The translations under genes and the position numbers were made by a program. The notes under the pieces are model-generated. The model made no database searches, had not been told where the DNA came from, and saw only the letters and a list, made by a program, of their open reading frames with translations. Shown here piece after piece: positions 30,906 to 41,932 of a stretch of DNA of 64,000 nucleotides; position 1 is the first letter of the stretch; each line of letters begins with the position of its first letter. Source of the stretch: an uncultured virus (IMG/VR IMGVR_UViG_3300034104_004763) (taxonomy: Duplodnaviria; Heunggongvirae; Uroviricota; Caudoviricetes); IMG/VR virus record IMGVR_UViG_3300034104_004763; one strand, written 5' to 3'.

Positions 30906-32436
30906 AATATTAATAACAACAAGTGGTTTAGGAAGTAGACTAGGAAAACTAACAGACTATACTAACAAATGTTTAATCCGGGTAGCAGATAAACCTGCTA
31001 TTTCTTATATTATAGAATCGTACCCTCAAGATTCTGAATTTATAATAACATTAGGTCATTTTGGAGATCATGTTAAACAGTTTCTACAATTAGCTTACCC
31101 TAACTATAATTTTACATTTGTTGAAGTAGATAATTATAAAGGATCAAGTTCTAGTTTAGGTTATTCTTTATTACAATGTAAACATGTTATAAACTCTCCA
31201 TTTATATTTCATGCGTCTGATACAATAATAACAAATTATAACCCTGAGTATCCTTGTGAAAATTATATTATTGGTTCTCATAAAGAAGATCCTGCTCAAT
31301 ATCGAACTCTTCATGTTGATGGTGATGAGTTAATCAAAATAAATGAAAAAGGGGAATTAAATTTTGACTATTCTTATGTTGGTATAGCTGGTATTAAAGA
31401 TTTTGAATTATTTTTTTATAACTTAGAAAACTTAATTAACAATGGGCATGAAGACACATCAGATGTTCACTCTATTAATAATATGTTATCTAAAGTTAAA
31501 TTTGTTAAAAAAGAAGTTAAAGGGAATGATTGGTTTGATATTGGTAACACAACTGAGTTAAATAAAACTAGAAAAGTACTTCATTCTAGTATTGAAGTAT
31601 TAGATAAAGTAGATGAATCTATATTTTTCTTTGAAGAATTTGTAATTAAATTCTTTTCTAATTCAACTATAAATAAAAATAGAGTTACTCGAGCAACTAA
31701 TTTAGGAAATTTAGTACCTTCAATAATTGATTCAACTGAAAATTTTTATAAGTATAAAAAGGCAAAAGGGAAATTATTCTCAAAATCAGTTAATTATACA
31801 TCTTTTAAGAAATTTTTAAAATGGGCTAAAAATAATTTATGGATAGAAGAATCAAATTCTAATTTTAAACAAAATTGTTATGATTTTTATATTAAAAAAA
31901 CTAAACAGAGGGTATACCAATATTTAGAAAACCATGTAGAAAATAATCATATTAATGGGCAGTATGTAGAAGATGTTCGCGATTTAATAGATCTTATTGA
32001 TCCTGAATGGTTATGTGATGGAGTTCCAAGTCAATTTCATGGTGATTTTATATTAGACAATGTTATTGAAACTAAAGAAGGATTCACATTAATTGATTGG
32101 AGACAGGATTTTGCTGGGGATTTAAATATAGGTGATTTATATTATGATTTAGCTAAACTAAACCATAACTTAACTGTTAACCATGATATAGTAAATAAAA
32201 ATCTATTTGGCTCCTCAAAAGAAGATTATTATATTTTAGTTAATAGTAAATTAAAAGAATGTGAAGAAGTATTACATTCATTCATTATTGAAAATGGGTT
32301 AGATTTGAAAAAAGTAAAGGTGTTGACAGCTATAATTTGGATTAATATGGCTCCACTTCATGAATACCCATTTAGTAATTTTTTATTCAATTTCGGAAAG
32401 TATAACTTACAAAAATATTTAAATAATGCAACCTAA
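30892..32436 (+). CDS. Nucleotidyltransferase fused to APH/choline-kinase-like phosphotransferase
   Basis: SGLGSRL...NKCL N-domain; HGDFILDN, LIDWR, YDLAKL C-domain. Confidence 0.8.
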   Translation: MVDYKILITTSGLGSRLGKLTDYTNKCLIRVADKPAISYIIESYPQDSEFIITLGHFGDHVKQFLQLAYPNYNFTFVEVDNYKGSSSSLGYSLLQCKHVINSPFIFHASDTIITNYNPEYPCENYIIGSHKEDPAQYRTLHVDGDELIKINEKGELNFDYSYVGIAGIKDFELFFYNLENLINNGHEDTSDVHSINNMLSKVKFVKKEVKGNDWFDIGNTTELNKTRKVLHSSIEVLDKVDESIFFFEEFVIKFFSNSTINKNRVTRATNLGNLVPSIIDSTENFYKYKKAKGKLFSKSVNYTSFKKFLKWAKNNLWIEESNSNFKQNCYDFYIKKTKQRVYQYLENHVENNHINGQYVEDVRDLIDLIDPEWLCDGVPSQFHGDFILDNVIETKEGFTLIDWRQDFAGDLNIGDLYYDLAKLNHNLTVNHDIVNKNLFGSSKEDYYILVNSKLKECEEVLHSFIIENGLDLKKVKVLTAIIWINMAPLHEYPFSNFLFNFGKYNLQKYLNNAT

Positions 32437-33400
32437 ATACTTTATAGGACCAATGTCCCTAAATGTAGTAGACACTATAATTGAGTTTTGTAATAGAACT
32501 AATAACATTATAGGATTAATTCCTTCTCGTAGGCAAGTAGAATATGACGGGGGATATGTAAATAATTGGACCACTAAAGGTTTTAGTACATATGTTAAGG
32601 ATAATACCTCTAATATTATATTAAAACGAGATCATTCAGGTCCTTCTCAAGGGCAAAGTGAAGATGATGGATACAAATCTTTAACTGAAGATTGTAAATA
32701 TCTAGATTTAATTCATATTGATCCCTGGAAAAGATATCCTGCTTTTAACTTAGGATTAAAAGAGACTATAAGAATGATTGAACATTGTTATGATTTGAAT
32801 CCTAATATAGAATATGAAGTAGGAACAGAAGAAGCTATAAGAAGATTTGAACCATATGAATTGGATGAACTAATTTCTGGATTGAAATCAAAATTAGACC
32901 CTGAGGTGTTTGCAAAAATAAAATACCTGGTAATACAATCAGGCACTTCACTAAAAGGAACTACTCAGACAGGGGCGTATGATAGTGATAGATTATTAAA
33001 TATGATTAATATTGCCAAAAAACATAATTTAATTTCTAAAGAACATAATGGTGATTATATCCCGGTTTCTATAATTAAAGAAAAATTTAATTTAGGCCTT
33101 GATTCAATTAATATTGCCCCCGAATTTGGTTTAATAGAAACCCAAACTTATTTGGATAACATAAAAGAAGATATTATATTAGATAAATTTTTTAATATAT
33201 GTTATGAATCTAAAAAATGGGTTAAATGGGTTAATAATGATTTTGACCCATTTACTAATAAAATAGATTTAATTAAAATATGTGGGCATTATGTTTTATC
33301 TACTCCTCAGTTTTTATATGATATTAAATCTAATTTTCCTAACATTGACAAAGAAATACAAAATAACATTAATAATAAATTAAATGAATTATATAACTAG
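32426..33400 (+). CDS. TIM-barrel sugar aldolase/epimerase-like protein (GatZ/KbaZ-like)
   Basis: RDHSGP, IHIDP, YEVGTEE, KEHNGDY, NIAPEFG. Confidence 0.55.
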   Translation: MQPKYFIGPMSLNVVDTIIEFCNRTNNIIGLIPSRRQVEYDGGYVNNWTTKGFSTYVKDNTSNIILKRDHSGPSQGQSEDDGYKSLTEDCKYLDLIHIDPWKRYPAFNLGLKETIRMIEHCYDLNPNIEYEVGTEEAIRRFEPYELDELISGLKSKLDPEVFAKIKYLVIQSGTSLKGTTQTGAYDSDRLLNMINIAKKHNLISKEHNGDYIPVSIIKEKFNLGLDSINIAPEFGLIETQTYLDNIKEDIILDKFFNICYESKKWVKWVNNDFDPFTNKIDLIKICGHYVLSTPQFLYDIKSNFPNIDKEIQNNINNKLNELYN

Positions 33401-34520
33401 AAACGAAGATATTATATTAGGTAACAAAGATTTAGAAAATTTATATAACTTCAAAAATTTCCCTGTATTCATGGGTTGTGTTGAATCCCCTATAGAAGAG
33501 GATATCATAGAAGATATGAATTGGACCATCAGTAAAGAATCAGGAGCAATTCAATTAAACCCTTTACTACCTTTAGATGTAGTATATAATTCAGAACATG
33601 GTTCAGGTACTGTAGGAAAATCTTGGGATGAACATCATCAATCATTTGCTGATTTTGTTAATAAATTTGGAGGTAACAATATCTTAGAAATTGGAGGATT
33701 ACATGGTATTTTAGCTCAAAAATGTTTTAAATTAAATCCTAAATTAAAATGGACTATAATTGAACCGAATCCAATAGTACCTGAAAACATACCTGTTACA
33801 ATAATTAAAGGTTTTTTTGATAATAATTTTACTTCTAAAGAAAAATTTGATACTATAATTCATTCTCATGTTTTGGAGCATATTTACAATCCTGATGAGT
33901 TTATAAGTCATAAATCATCATTTATGGAAGAGGGAGATAATTTAATATTTTCAGTTCCTAATATGGAGGTTATGTTAAAAAACAATTATACTAATTGTGT
34001 TAATTTTGAACATACTATATATTTTACTGAACCCTATATTGAATATATGTTAGCAAAATATGGATTTGAATTAATAGAAAAATCATACTTTAGACCTGAT
34101 CATAGTATATTTTATTGCGCTAAAAAATCTTTATTAACACAACCAATAGCTTTATCAAACGATTTATATGATATAAATAAATCTACTTTTTTAAACTATA
34201 TAAATTCATATATTTCGGATGTTAATAATTTAAATAAAATAATATCTAATACATCTCTACCAGTTTATATATTTGGTGCTCATATTTTCACACAATATTT
34301 AATCTCTTTTGGATTAGATGTATCTAAAGTGATATGTTTATTAGATAATGATTCTAAAAAGGAAAATAAACGTCTTTATGGGACACAATTAATTTCTCAA
34401 TCTCCTAAAATATTAAAAGATATTCCTGAAGCCTTAGTAGTTTTAAGAGCTGGAGTTTATAATGACGAGATAAAAAATGATATATTAAATAATATTAATC
34501 CTAATATAATTTTTATTTAA
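33384..34520 (+). CDS. SAM-dependent methyltransferase (sugar C-methyltransferase-like)
   Basis: ILEIGG..G, SHVLEHI, SVPN, EHTIYF; C-terminal IFGA domain. Confidence 0.8.
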   Translation: MNYITRNEDIILGNKDLENLYNFKNFPVFMGCVESPIEEDIIEDMNWTISKESGAIQLNPLLPLDVVYNSEHGSGTVGKSWDEHHQSFADFVNKFGGNNILEIGGLHGILAQKCFKLNPKLKWTIIEPNPIVPENIPVTIIKGFFDNNFTSKEKFDTIIHSHVLEHIYNPDEFISHKSSFMEEGDNLIFSVPNMEVMLKNNYTNCVNFEHTIYFTEPYIEYMLAKYGFELIEKSYFRPDHSIFYCAKKSLLTQPIALSNDLYDINKSTFLNYINSYISDVNNLNKIISNTSLPVYIFGAHIFTQYLISFGLDVSKVICLLDNDSKKENKRLYGTQLISQSPKILKDIPEALVVLRAGVYNDEIKNDILNNINPNIIFI

Positions 34521-34879
34521 TGGATTTAAGGCCTAAAACTATCATCTGTGATATAGATGGAACATTAGTAGAACATGGTTCTCCATCTCAAGTAGCAACT
34601 TCTACATATAAAATGACTCTCCTCCCTGGTACTTTAACTAAATTAGAGGAATGGGAGGCTAAAGGTTATAGAATAATTTTACTAACAGGTAGAAAAGAAT
34701 CAATGAGAGAGGTTACTAAAGCCCAACTTAAAGAAGTTGGAATTTTTTATGATCAACTAATAATGGGGGTTGGAGGAGGTGCTCGTTATTTAATTAATGA
34801 TAATAAACCAAATGGGGCAGAATATGCTACCGCTATTAATGTAGAAAGAAATAAAGGTGTAAAAGATATAAACATATAA
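34520..34879 (+). CDS. HAD-superfamily phosphatase
   Basis: CDIDGTL, LTGR, IND. Confidence 0.82.
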   Translation: MDLRPKTIICDIDGTLVEHGSPSQVATSTYKMTLLPGTLTKLEEWEAKGYRIILLTGRKESMREVTKAQLKEVGIFYDQLIMGVGGGARYLINDNKPNGAEYATAINVERNKGVKDINI

Positions 34880-34880
34880 A

Positions 34881-36101
34881 ATGGTACTCTTAATAAATAC
34901 TTTTATAACTAATAAATCAGGTACTGGTGGAGCATGGGAAACTGCTGGAGTTAGTCAAGATCGAGGAAATCTAACTCAAGATAATAAACTGGATATTTTA
35001 AAATATACTCTTTCAAGTTTTGCTAAAGCATACCCTTGGAAACGAGTTATTATTAAAGCTCAATTAGATGATGAGTATACCTCTGAGGAGATTAAAAAAG
35101 AATTTGAACATTATGTGAGAGAAGAGTTTAAAGACTTTGACTTATATTTTTCCCATACTCGAAACGTTACTCAACAAGATTGGATTGAAACCCATAAATT
35201 AATTAATGATGACTATGTTCATTGTTATTGTAGTCATGATCATGTATTAATGGATTATTCTCCTGAATATCTTGAACGTATATTAAATTCTTTAAGAGAA
35301 GATAACTCTCATGATTATGTAACTTTATCTTTAAGTCACTGGTCTGAATTTATGAGGAATGCTAAAGCCGGACCTACTAATACTCATAGAGATGTTGCCC
35401 CTATGTTTTATAATATAAATTATAAACTAGAAGAAAATTATGTCTCATATGAGGGATTTTGTTACGATAGCATCCATATAATTTCAGAAAAACTTTATAA
35501 AGATTGGTTTTGCATTGGAGAATGGGATAAAACTCTACTAATTTATCCTCCTAACACATTTAAAACTGGACATATTGAATTACCTAGAATTGATGGAGTA
35601 GGTATTACAGATTTAAACTTTATCAGAAATAAGTTATTAAATATCCCAACTCCCCGACAAAAAATAGTTATACCTTATAGAGAAATAGCTAGACATTATG
35701 ATGGTTATTTTTATCATGGTATAACTAATAATCAAGCTCCTTCATTAGATATACCTAAAGGATTTTTTGAAAAAGATATTAAAATTAGGTATGGATATGA
35801 TACTCGAAAAGAAGGATGGGTTAATATTAACCCTAAAAATGAATATTACTATGCGTCTAATAAATCAGGAGCTGATTATAAATTTACTTTAGAAGAAATC
35901 CCTCTATTTTGGAAATCTCGTATATCACAATGGGACATAAATCCTGATATAAATGAAGAAGAAATGATTCAACATAGATTAAAATCAGTTTTGGAAATGC
36001 TTTATACTAGTGAAAACCATAATCCTTATATTGAACCTGAATTAGAAACTAAAGTATTAAATGAATATCTTAAAATATTTCCTCAATTTAATTTAATATG
36101 A
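34881..36101 (+). CDS. Hypothetical protein in glycosylation island
   Basis: 406-aa ORF, possibly GT-A-like (HDH). Confidence 0.5.
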   Translation: MVLLINTFITNKSGTGGAWETAGVSQDRGNLTQDNKLDILKYTLSSFAKAYPWKRVIIKAQLDDEYTSEEIKKEFEHYVREEFKDFDLYFSHTRNVTQQDWIETHKLINDDYVHCYCSHDHVLMDYSPEYLERILNSLREDNSHDYVTLSLSHWSEFMRNAKAGPTNTHRDVAPMFYNINYKLEENYVSYEGFCYDSIHIISEKLYKDWFCIGEWDKTLLIYPPNTFKTGHIELPRIDGVGITDLNFIRNKLLNIPTPRQKIVIPYREIARHYDGYFYHGITNNQAPSLDIPKGFFEKDIKIRYGYDTRKEGWVNINPKNEYYYASNKSGADYKFTLEEIPLFWKSRISQWDINPDINEEEMIQHRLKSVLEMLYTSENHNPYIEPELETKVLNEYLKIFPQFNLI

Positions 36102-36967
36102 AAATATTATACATAACTAACCATATAGATATAGCTAGAGCTAGTGGTGGTTTTATAAATGACTATCAAAATGATTTAGTATTTTATGGTTTAAGAGAAT
36201 TATTTGGTGATGATGTTATAGATAGTACTCAAATAATTTCACTTTATAAGGAGTATGAGAATAAAATACATCCCCAACACTTATGGGGTGGTATGACTTC
36301 TTTCTGGTTAATTGGGGATAATAACATTGATAGAACTAATATTGAAGAAAAAATTAAGGATCAATACTATGACTTAATTATTTATGGAGCTATTAAACGT
36401 TGTAAAAATTATTATGATCTAGTTTCTAAATGTTACCCACCTAATAAAGTAATTTTAATTGATGGCAATGATGAATCTGATTTAGATCCTCTTTATGAGA
36501 AACATTTATACTTTAAAAGAGAGTTAATAATAGATCATCCTAATTTATTACCTATAACTTTTGGAATACCAACTAGTAAATTAACTATTCCTAATAAGAA
36601 TAAAATACAAGAATACGCAACTTGCATTCCTGGCCAACCTGAAACTTATATTTTTAAAACTGAACAACCTTATTATGAAGACTATCAAAAGTCATTTTAT
36701 GGTGTGACCATGAAAAAGGCAGGATGGGATTGTATGAGGCATTACGAAATATTAGGAAATTATTGTATGCCTTACTTTATAGGGTTAGAAGATTGTCCTA
36801 AAAACACATTAGCTAATTTACCTAAAGAATTATTATTAGAAGGAAGAGAATTAGCAAATAATTTTGATTCTCAAAATTACTTTATTATATTAGATGAAAT
36901 ATTTAATTATACTAAAGAGAATTTAACAACTAAAAACATAGCTAACTATATATTATCAAAAATATGA
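36098..36967 (+). CDS. Putative glycosyltransferase
   Basis: GWDCMRHYEI motif and YFKRE; island context. Confidence 0.6.
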   Translation: MKILYITNHIDIARASGGFINDYQNDLVFYGLRELFGDDVIDSTQIISLYKEYENKIHPQHLWGGMTSFWLIGDNNIDRTNIEEKIKDQYYDLIIYGAIKRCKNYYDLVSKCYPPNKVILIDGNDESDLDPLYEKHLYFKRELIIDHPNLLPITFGIPTSKLTIPNKNKIQEYATCIPGQPETYIFKTEQPYYEDYQKSFYGVTMKKAGWDCMRHYEILGNYCMPYFIGLEDCPKNTLANLPKELLLEGRELANNFDSQNYFIILDEIFNYTKENLTTKNIANYILSKI

Positions 36968-38253
36968 TTCAATTAGAAGACATTCAAAAACTAGTAGGTA
37001 ATCATTTACCTCCTTATTTACTTAATAGTAAAAAATTTATACCTGGTGAAAGTACTGTATGGTATTCAGGCCCATATTGGGATAATAGAGAAATTGAAGC
37101 CGCTATAGATACATTTTTAAATGGAGCATGGGTTACAACTGGAGCTAAAGTTAATCGGTTTGAAATGAAATTTGGTAAAAAATTCAAAACCAAATACTCT
37201 CATATGGTTAATTCAGGTTCATCTGCTAACCTAGTATTAATTGCTGCCTTGAAAAAACGATTCAATTGGGCTGATGGAGATGAAATTATAGTATCACCTG
37301 TAGGTTTTGCAACTACAATATCAGTAATTGATCAAAATAAATTAAAACCTATATTCATTGATATTGAATGGAATACTTTAAATTTTGATTTAAACTTAAT
37401 TGAAGCTAAAATTACTCCTCGTACTAAAGCAATCTTTATATCACCGGTGTTGGGTAATGCTCCTGATTTTGATAGGTTAGTAGAAATAGCTCAAAAACAT
37501 AATATATTATTAGTTGGTGACAATTGTGATAGTTTAGGTTCTAAATGGAATGATAAATACTTAAGTGAGTATTATGTTGCTTATTCAAATTCATTTTATC
37601 CATCACATCATATGTCAACAGGTGAAGGTGGTATGGTTTGTACTAATGATGAGGAACTTAAAAAACTAATCATGAGTTATTCATGGTGGGGTAGAGCTTG
37701 CTATTGTGTAGGTGCTGCTAACTTATTACAACAAGGTAGTTGTGGATGTAGATTTGGTAGACATTTAGAAGGTTATGAAAATGATATTGATCATAAATAT
37801 ATCTTTGATAACATGGGATATAATTTAAAACCATTAGATTTACAAGGTGCAATTGGTTTAGTACAATTAGAAAAAATAGATGAAATTGATGCTAATAGAA
37901 AAAACTCTAAAGAAAGATTAGACAAAATTTTCACTGATAACATCCCAGGACTTAAAGCTATTCACTCATTAGATAAAGCAAGTACTAATTGGTTTGGAAC
38001 ACCTTTCATATGTGATGAGCCAGGTTTAAAACATAAACTAGTTCAACATTTAGAAGAGAATCTAATACAAACTAGAAATTACTTCGCAGGTAATATTTTA
38101 ATGCATCCTGGTTATAAACATTTAGGTGATTATAAAGAATTTCCTGAAGCAAATAAAGTATTAGATAAAGTATTTTTTATAGGTGCCGCACCACATTATA
38201 CTGAAGAAGTATTTACTTATGTTGAAGAAGTAGTTAAAAAATTTAATAAATAA
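36964..38253 (+). CDS. rfbH: CDP-4-keto-6-deoxyglucose 3-dehydrase-like PLP enzyme (DegT family)
   Basis: VNSGSSANL, DNCDSLGS, SFYPSHHMSTGEGG (His in place of Lys), DHKY, GYNLKP. Confidence 0.85.
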   Translation: MIQLEDIQKLVGNHLPPYLLNSKKFIPGESTVWYSGPYWDNREIEAAIDTFLNGAWVTTGAKVNRFEMKFGKKFKTKYSHMVNSGSSANLVLIAALKKRFNWADGDEIIVSPVGFATTISVIDQNKLKPIFIDIEWNTLNFDLNLIEAKITPRTKAIFISPVLGNAPDFDRLVEIAQKHNILLVGDNCDSLGSKWNDKYLSEYYVAYSNSFYPSHHMSTGEGGMVCTNDEELKKLIMSYSWWGRACYCVGAANLLQQGSCGCRFGRHLEGYENDIDHKYIFDNMGYNLKPLDLQGAIGLVQLEKIDEIDANRKNSKERLDKIFTDNIPGLKAIHSLDKASTNWFGTPFICDEPGLKHKLVQHLEENLIQTRNYFAGNILMHPGYKHLGDYKEFPEANKVLDKVFFIGAAPHYTEEVFTYVEEVVKKFNK

Positions 38254-38452
38254 TGGATTTACAATCTAGTATAAAATCTCAAGGTGAGTATGTTACTCAA
38301 ATTATCCATTTTATAGGAGGTGAGAAACGTACTTTTGAGAATATCAAATCTACATCAGTTAAACAAGGTCAGTTTACTAAATTAATTACTAAAGATGGTA
38401 GAATGATTTTAATAAATGATAAAAATGTCCTCTGTATAGAGGTATTTGCAGA

Positions 38453-39175
38453 ATGAAAGTAGTTATTTTAGGTGATGGATTATTAGGAAGTAATATTCAT
38501 CAAATAATGGGATGGGATGTTATATCTAGAAAACAAGATGGTTTTGATATCACACAACCTGAGTTATTCTATAAATACTTTATAGAGAGTCATGAAGGAA
38601 TTATTTTTACTCCTAAATACAATGTTATAGTGAATTGTATAGCGAATACTAATACTTACTCAACTGATAAAAAATCCCATTGGGGTGTTAATTATAAAGG
38701 AGTAGCAGATTTAGTTGATTTTTGTAATATACATAACATTAAATTAGTTCATATATCATCTGATTATGTTTATACTAATTCAGTAGAGAATGCATTAGAA
38801 AATGATATTCCAATTCATGGTAATAATTGGTATTCATATACTAAATTATTAGCCGATGCTTATATTGAATTAAAATCCAATAACTATTTAATTTGTAGAG
38901 GTACTCATAAACCTAAACCGTTTCCTTATGATAAAGCCTGGGTTAATCAAACAGGTAATTTTGATTATGTAGATTGTATAGCAACTTATATTACTTATTT
39001 AGTTAGCATGGATTTTACCGGATTATATAATATAGGTACTAAAACTAAAACAATGTATGAATTAGCTAAACAGACTAATCCTAATGTTAAACAAGCCTTC
39101 AAACCTGAAAACATACCTACTAATACAACTATGAACCTTAATAAATTAGAAGAACAATGCTTATTAAAGAATTAG
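38453..39175 (+). CDS. NDP-4-keto-sugar reductase (RmlD-like SDR)
   Basis: GDGLLG, HISSDYVY, YSYTK. Confidence 0.8.
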   Translation: MKVVILGDGLLGSNIHQIMGWDVISRKQDGFDITQPELFYKYFIESHEGIIFTPKYNVIVNCIANTNTYSTDKKSHWGVNYKGVADLVDFCNIHNIKLVHISSDYVYTNSVENALENDIPIHGNNWYSYTKLLADAYIELKSNNYLICRGTHKPKPFPYDKAWVNQTGNFDYVDCIATYITYLVSMDFTGLYNIGTKTKTMYELAKQTNPNVKQAFKPENIPTNTTMNLNKLEEQCLLKN

Positions 39176-39957
39176 TAAATAAATCAGTGTACGGTACTAT
39201 AGGTTATATTGCTTCTCAAGAAGATATAAATACTTTAGAACAATATATAATTTATAATTTACCTATTTTAAGAGAATACAAACAAATAATAGTTGCAACT
39301 AACTGGAAACAATTAGATTTAAACCTTATAAATCGACATATTGATATGTGGGAAAGATATTTCCCTAATATTATATTAATAGATTCAGAAGTAAATAGGG
39401 GACATAATCATGGATATGCTGATTTAGATAATCTTATAATAAATTATTGTAAAGAAAACAATATAGATTGGTTATGTAAATCTGCTAATGATACTATATT
39501 AATTGATAGTTTTTTTGAAAAAGAAATACCTGAAGCAGATTTTTATTATCTAAATGGAGTAGGTTATGGTGGAATGATTCCATTTAATTTTGATTTTGAT
39601 AAAATAATAGAAGAAGCTTTTTACCCACAAACTAATTTTTATTTTATAAATGTATCTAAAATAGATTATTTAAATGATAAAAAATATCTAGATGATACTT
39701 ATAATTATGTTTTAGGTATTTCTAATTATAGTGGTAAAATTTGGGAGTATATTAAAGAATGGTCATGTGAAAATTTTCTAAAAAAGTGTACTGAAAGAAA
39801 TAATTTATCTGTACATCATTTAATTCCTTTAGATAAATATCTTATTCTTTTAGATCATATTAAAAGAGGTGTTCTTCATGATTCTAGCCATAAAAATATT
39901 TTAATAGAAGGGATATGCCATATGCATTATAAAGAACAACCTATGACTATAATATGA
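39157..39957 (+). CDS. Hypothetical protein in glycosylation island
   Basis: 266-aa ORF overlapping its neighbours. Confidence 0.5.
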   Translation: MLIKELVNKSVYGTIGYIASQEDINTLEQYIIYNLPILREYKQIIVATNWKQLDLNLINRHIDMWERYFPNIILIDSEVNRGHNHGYADLDNLIINYCKENNIDWLCKSANDTILIDSFFEKEIPEADFYYLNGVGYGGMIPFNFDFDKIIEEAFYPQTNFYFINVSKIDYLNDKKYLDDTYNYVLGISNYSGKIWEYIKEWSCENFLKKCTERNNLSVHHLIPLDKYLILLDHIKRGVLHDSSHKNILIEGICHMHYKEQPMTII

Positions 39958-40640
39958 AAAAATACTTAATAATATCACCTCTAGGAGATAAATCCTTATG
40001 TGAGGAATGGCTTCATAAATCATTCAATTTTGATATAGTATTCCTTTATTATGGAGATAATTTTGAAAACGCTCAATATTATTTAAAATATACACCCCAC
40101 ATTTACTCAGCTAAAGGAACTAAATATTCTTTAATTAAATCCTTTATTCAAGGTAATTTAGAATTTTTATCTCAATACACTCATATATGGTTACCTGATG
40201 ATGATGTTTCTATATCAACTGATGAGATTAATAAATTATTTAAATTTACTGATGATTATAATTTAAGTATATGCCAACCATCTATGGGAGGATATGTGTC
40301 GCATGAAATAACTAAACAAGTTCCTAATAGCTTATTAAGGTATACTAATTTTGTAGAGGTATTAGCGCCTATGTTTAATTTAGAATCATTATTAAAGGTA
40401 TATGAAACTTTTGATGAAAATTATTCAAGTTGGGGTTTTGATTATTTATGGGCCCATTTACTTAATTATCCTCAAGATAAGATAGCTATTATAGATGATA
40501 TCATAATGATACATACTAAGCCTGTAGGGCAAGATTATTCACATTTTCCAAGACAACCTTGGGATGAGATGGTAGAACTTTTAAGTAAATATAATATTAT
40601 TAAACAAGAAATTAATTACTCCCAAATATGGAAAAAATAA
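39954..40640 (+). CDS. DUF707-like putative glycosyltransferase
   Basis: IWLPDDD, ICQP, TNFVEVLAPMF, WGFD. Confidence 0.7.
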   Translation: MKKYLIISPLGDKSLCEEWLHKSFNFDIVFLYYGDNFENAQYYLKYTPHIYSAKGTKYSLIKSFIQGNLEFLSQYTHIWLPDDDVSISTDEINKLFKFTDDYNLSICQPSMGGYVSHEITKQVPNSLLRYTNFVEVLAPMFNLESLLKVYETFDENYSSWGFDYLWAHLLNYPQDKIAIIDDIIMIHTKPVGQDYSHFPRQPWDEMVELLSKYNIIKQEINYSQIWKK

Positions 40641-41815
40641 CATTTTGTATACCTAGTAAATCCAATTTAAGGTACTTAAAAACCTGTATACCCTCTATTA
40701 GAAACAATGCTTCAAGACCTGATCATAACATTATAATATTTGTAGATTCAGATGAAGATGGTACTATAGAGTGGTTGGAACAAGTCAAAGATGAGTATAA
40801 TTTATCCTATTATGTTAATCCTGATTTAGGAAAATCATTATTTGGAATTGGTAAAGCTTATGATTATTGTATTGAAAAATCAACTACAGATGTGTTTACA
40901 ATTTTTCATGCTGATATGATGTTAGGTAAAGACGCAGATTTGAAAGCTTTTAATCATTTAAAACCTAAAACTGTAGTTTGTGCTACTCGTATTGAACCAC
41001 CAATACATCCTAATGATGGTGAAAAAATATTACTTGATTTTGGAATGTGGCCTGAGGAATTTAAAGAAGTTGAATTTAACACTTATGTTGAACAACATCT
41101 TAAAGATGATAAAACTACTAATGGTATATTTGCTCCTTGGATGATGTATAAAAATGATTTTGTATCTTTAGGAGGTCATGATCCTATTTTACATTCATGT
41201 AGAGAAGATTCAGATGTGTTTAATAGAATGAAATTGGCAGGATATAAATTTATACAACCTTGGAACTCATTAGTTTACCATTTAACAGGTAGGGGTGCGG
41301 GTAGTTTTGATGGTGATCCAGAACGACATGCTAAATGGAAAGCTGATATGAATCGTTCAACTTTAGAATTTATTCGTAAGTGGGGTTCAAATGTAAAACA
41401 TACTGATTTAATGGATCCTATTGTAATGCCTAAATACAACATATCCTTTGTAATTAAATATGCTAATATACAAATTGTAGAAGCATTGGAGCCTTGGTGT
41501 GATAGGATGTATATTGAAGATGATATGCAAGTAATAATTGATTCATATAGAGAACAAGAACAATCAAATACTAAGTTTGATTTATCAAAAAGAATTCTTA
41601 CAATACAATGTAATGATCCTAAAAGTGAAAATGATATTATAGTTGAATTTGACACAAAAAATTTTTCACAGCAATCATTTGATATTATTACTCAGTTACC
41701 CGAAATTATAAAAGAGAGTGGGGATATAGGTACATTTGAAATAGATATATTCAAAATAACTATCAATTCAATGACTGAATATCAAAATAATTTAATTTAT
41801 CTTAACAATAACTAA
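40628..41815 (+). CDS. GT2 glycosyltransferase
   Basis: ITFCIP, HADM, GGHD, REDSD, VYH. Confidence 0.8.
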   Translation: MEKITFCIPSKSNLRYLKTCIPSIRNNASRPDHNIIIFVDSDEDGTIEWLEQVKDEYNLSYYVNPDLGKSLFGIGKAYDYCIEKSTTDVFTIFHADMMLGKDADLKAFNHLKPKTVVCATRIEPPIHPNDGEKILLDFGMWPEEFKEVEFNTYVEQHLKDDKTTNGIFAPWMMYKNDFVSLGGHDPILHSCREDSDVFNRMKLAGYKFIQPWNSLVYHLTGRGAGSFDGDPERHAKWKADMNRSTLEFIRKWGSNVKHTDLMDPIVMPKYNISFVIKYANIQIVEALEPWCDRMYIEDDMQVIIDSYREQEQSNTKFDLSKRILTIQCNDPKSENDIIVEFDTKNFSQQSFDIITQLPEIIKESGDIGTFEIDIFKITINSMTEYQNNLIYLNNN

Positions 41816-41833
41816 TATTTATACTAAAATATA

Positions 41834-41911
41834 ATGATAGGTATTTATAAAATAACATCCCCATCTAATAAAATTTATATAGGGCAATCTATTAATATTT
41901 ATAAAAGGTAA
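41834..41911 (+). pseudogene. Truncated GIY-YIG endonuclease remnant
   Basis: MIGIYKITSPSNKIYIGQSINIYKR*. Confidence 0.8.
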
Positions 41912-41932
41912 AACATATAAAAAATTATAAAA

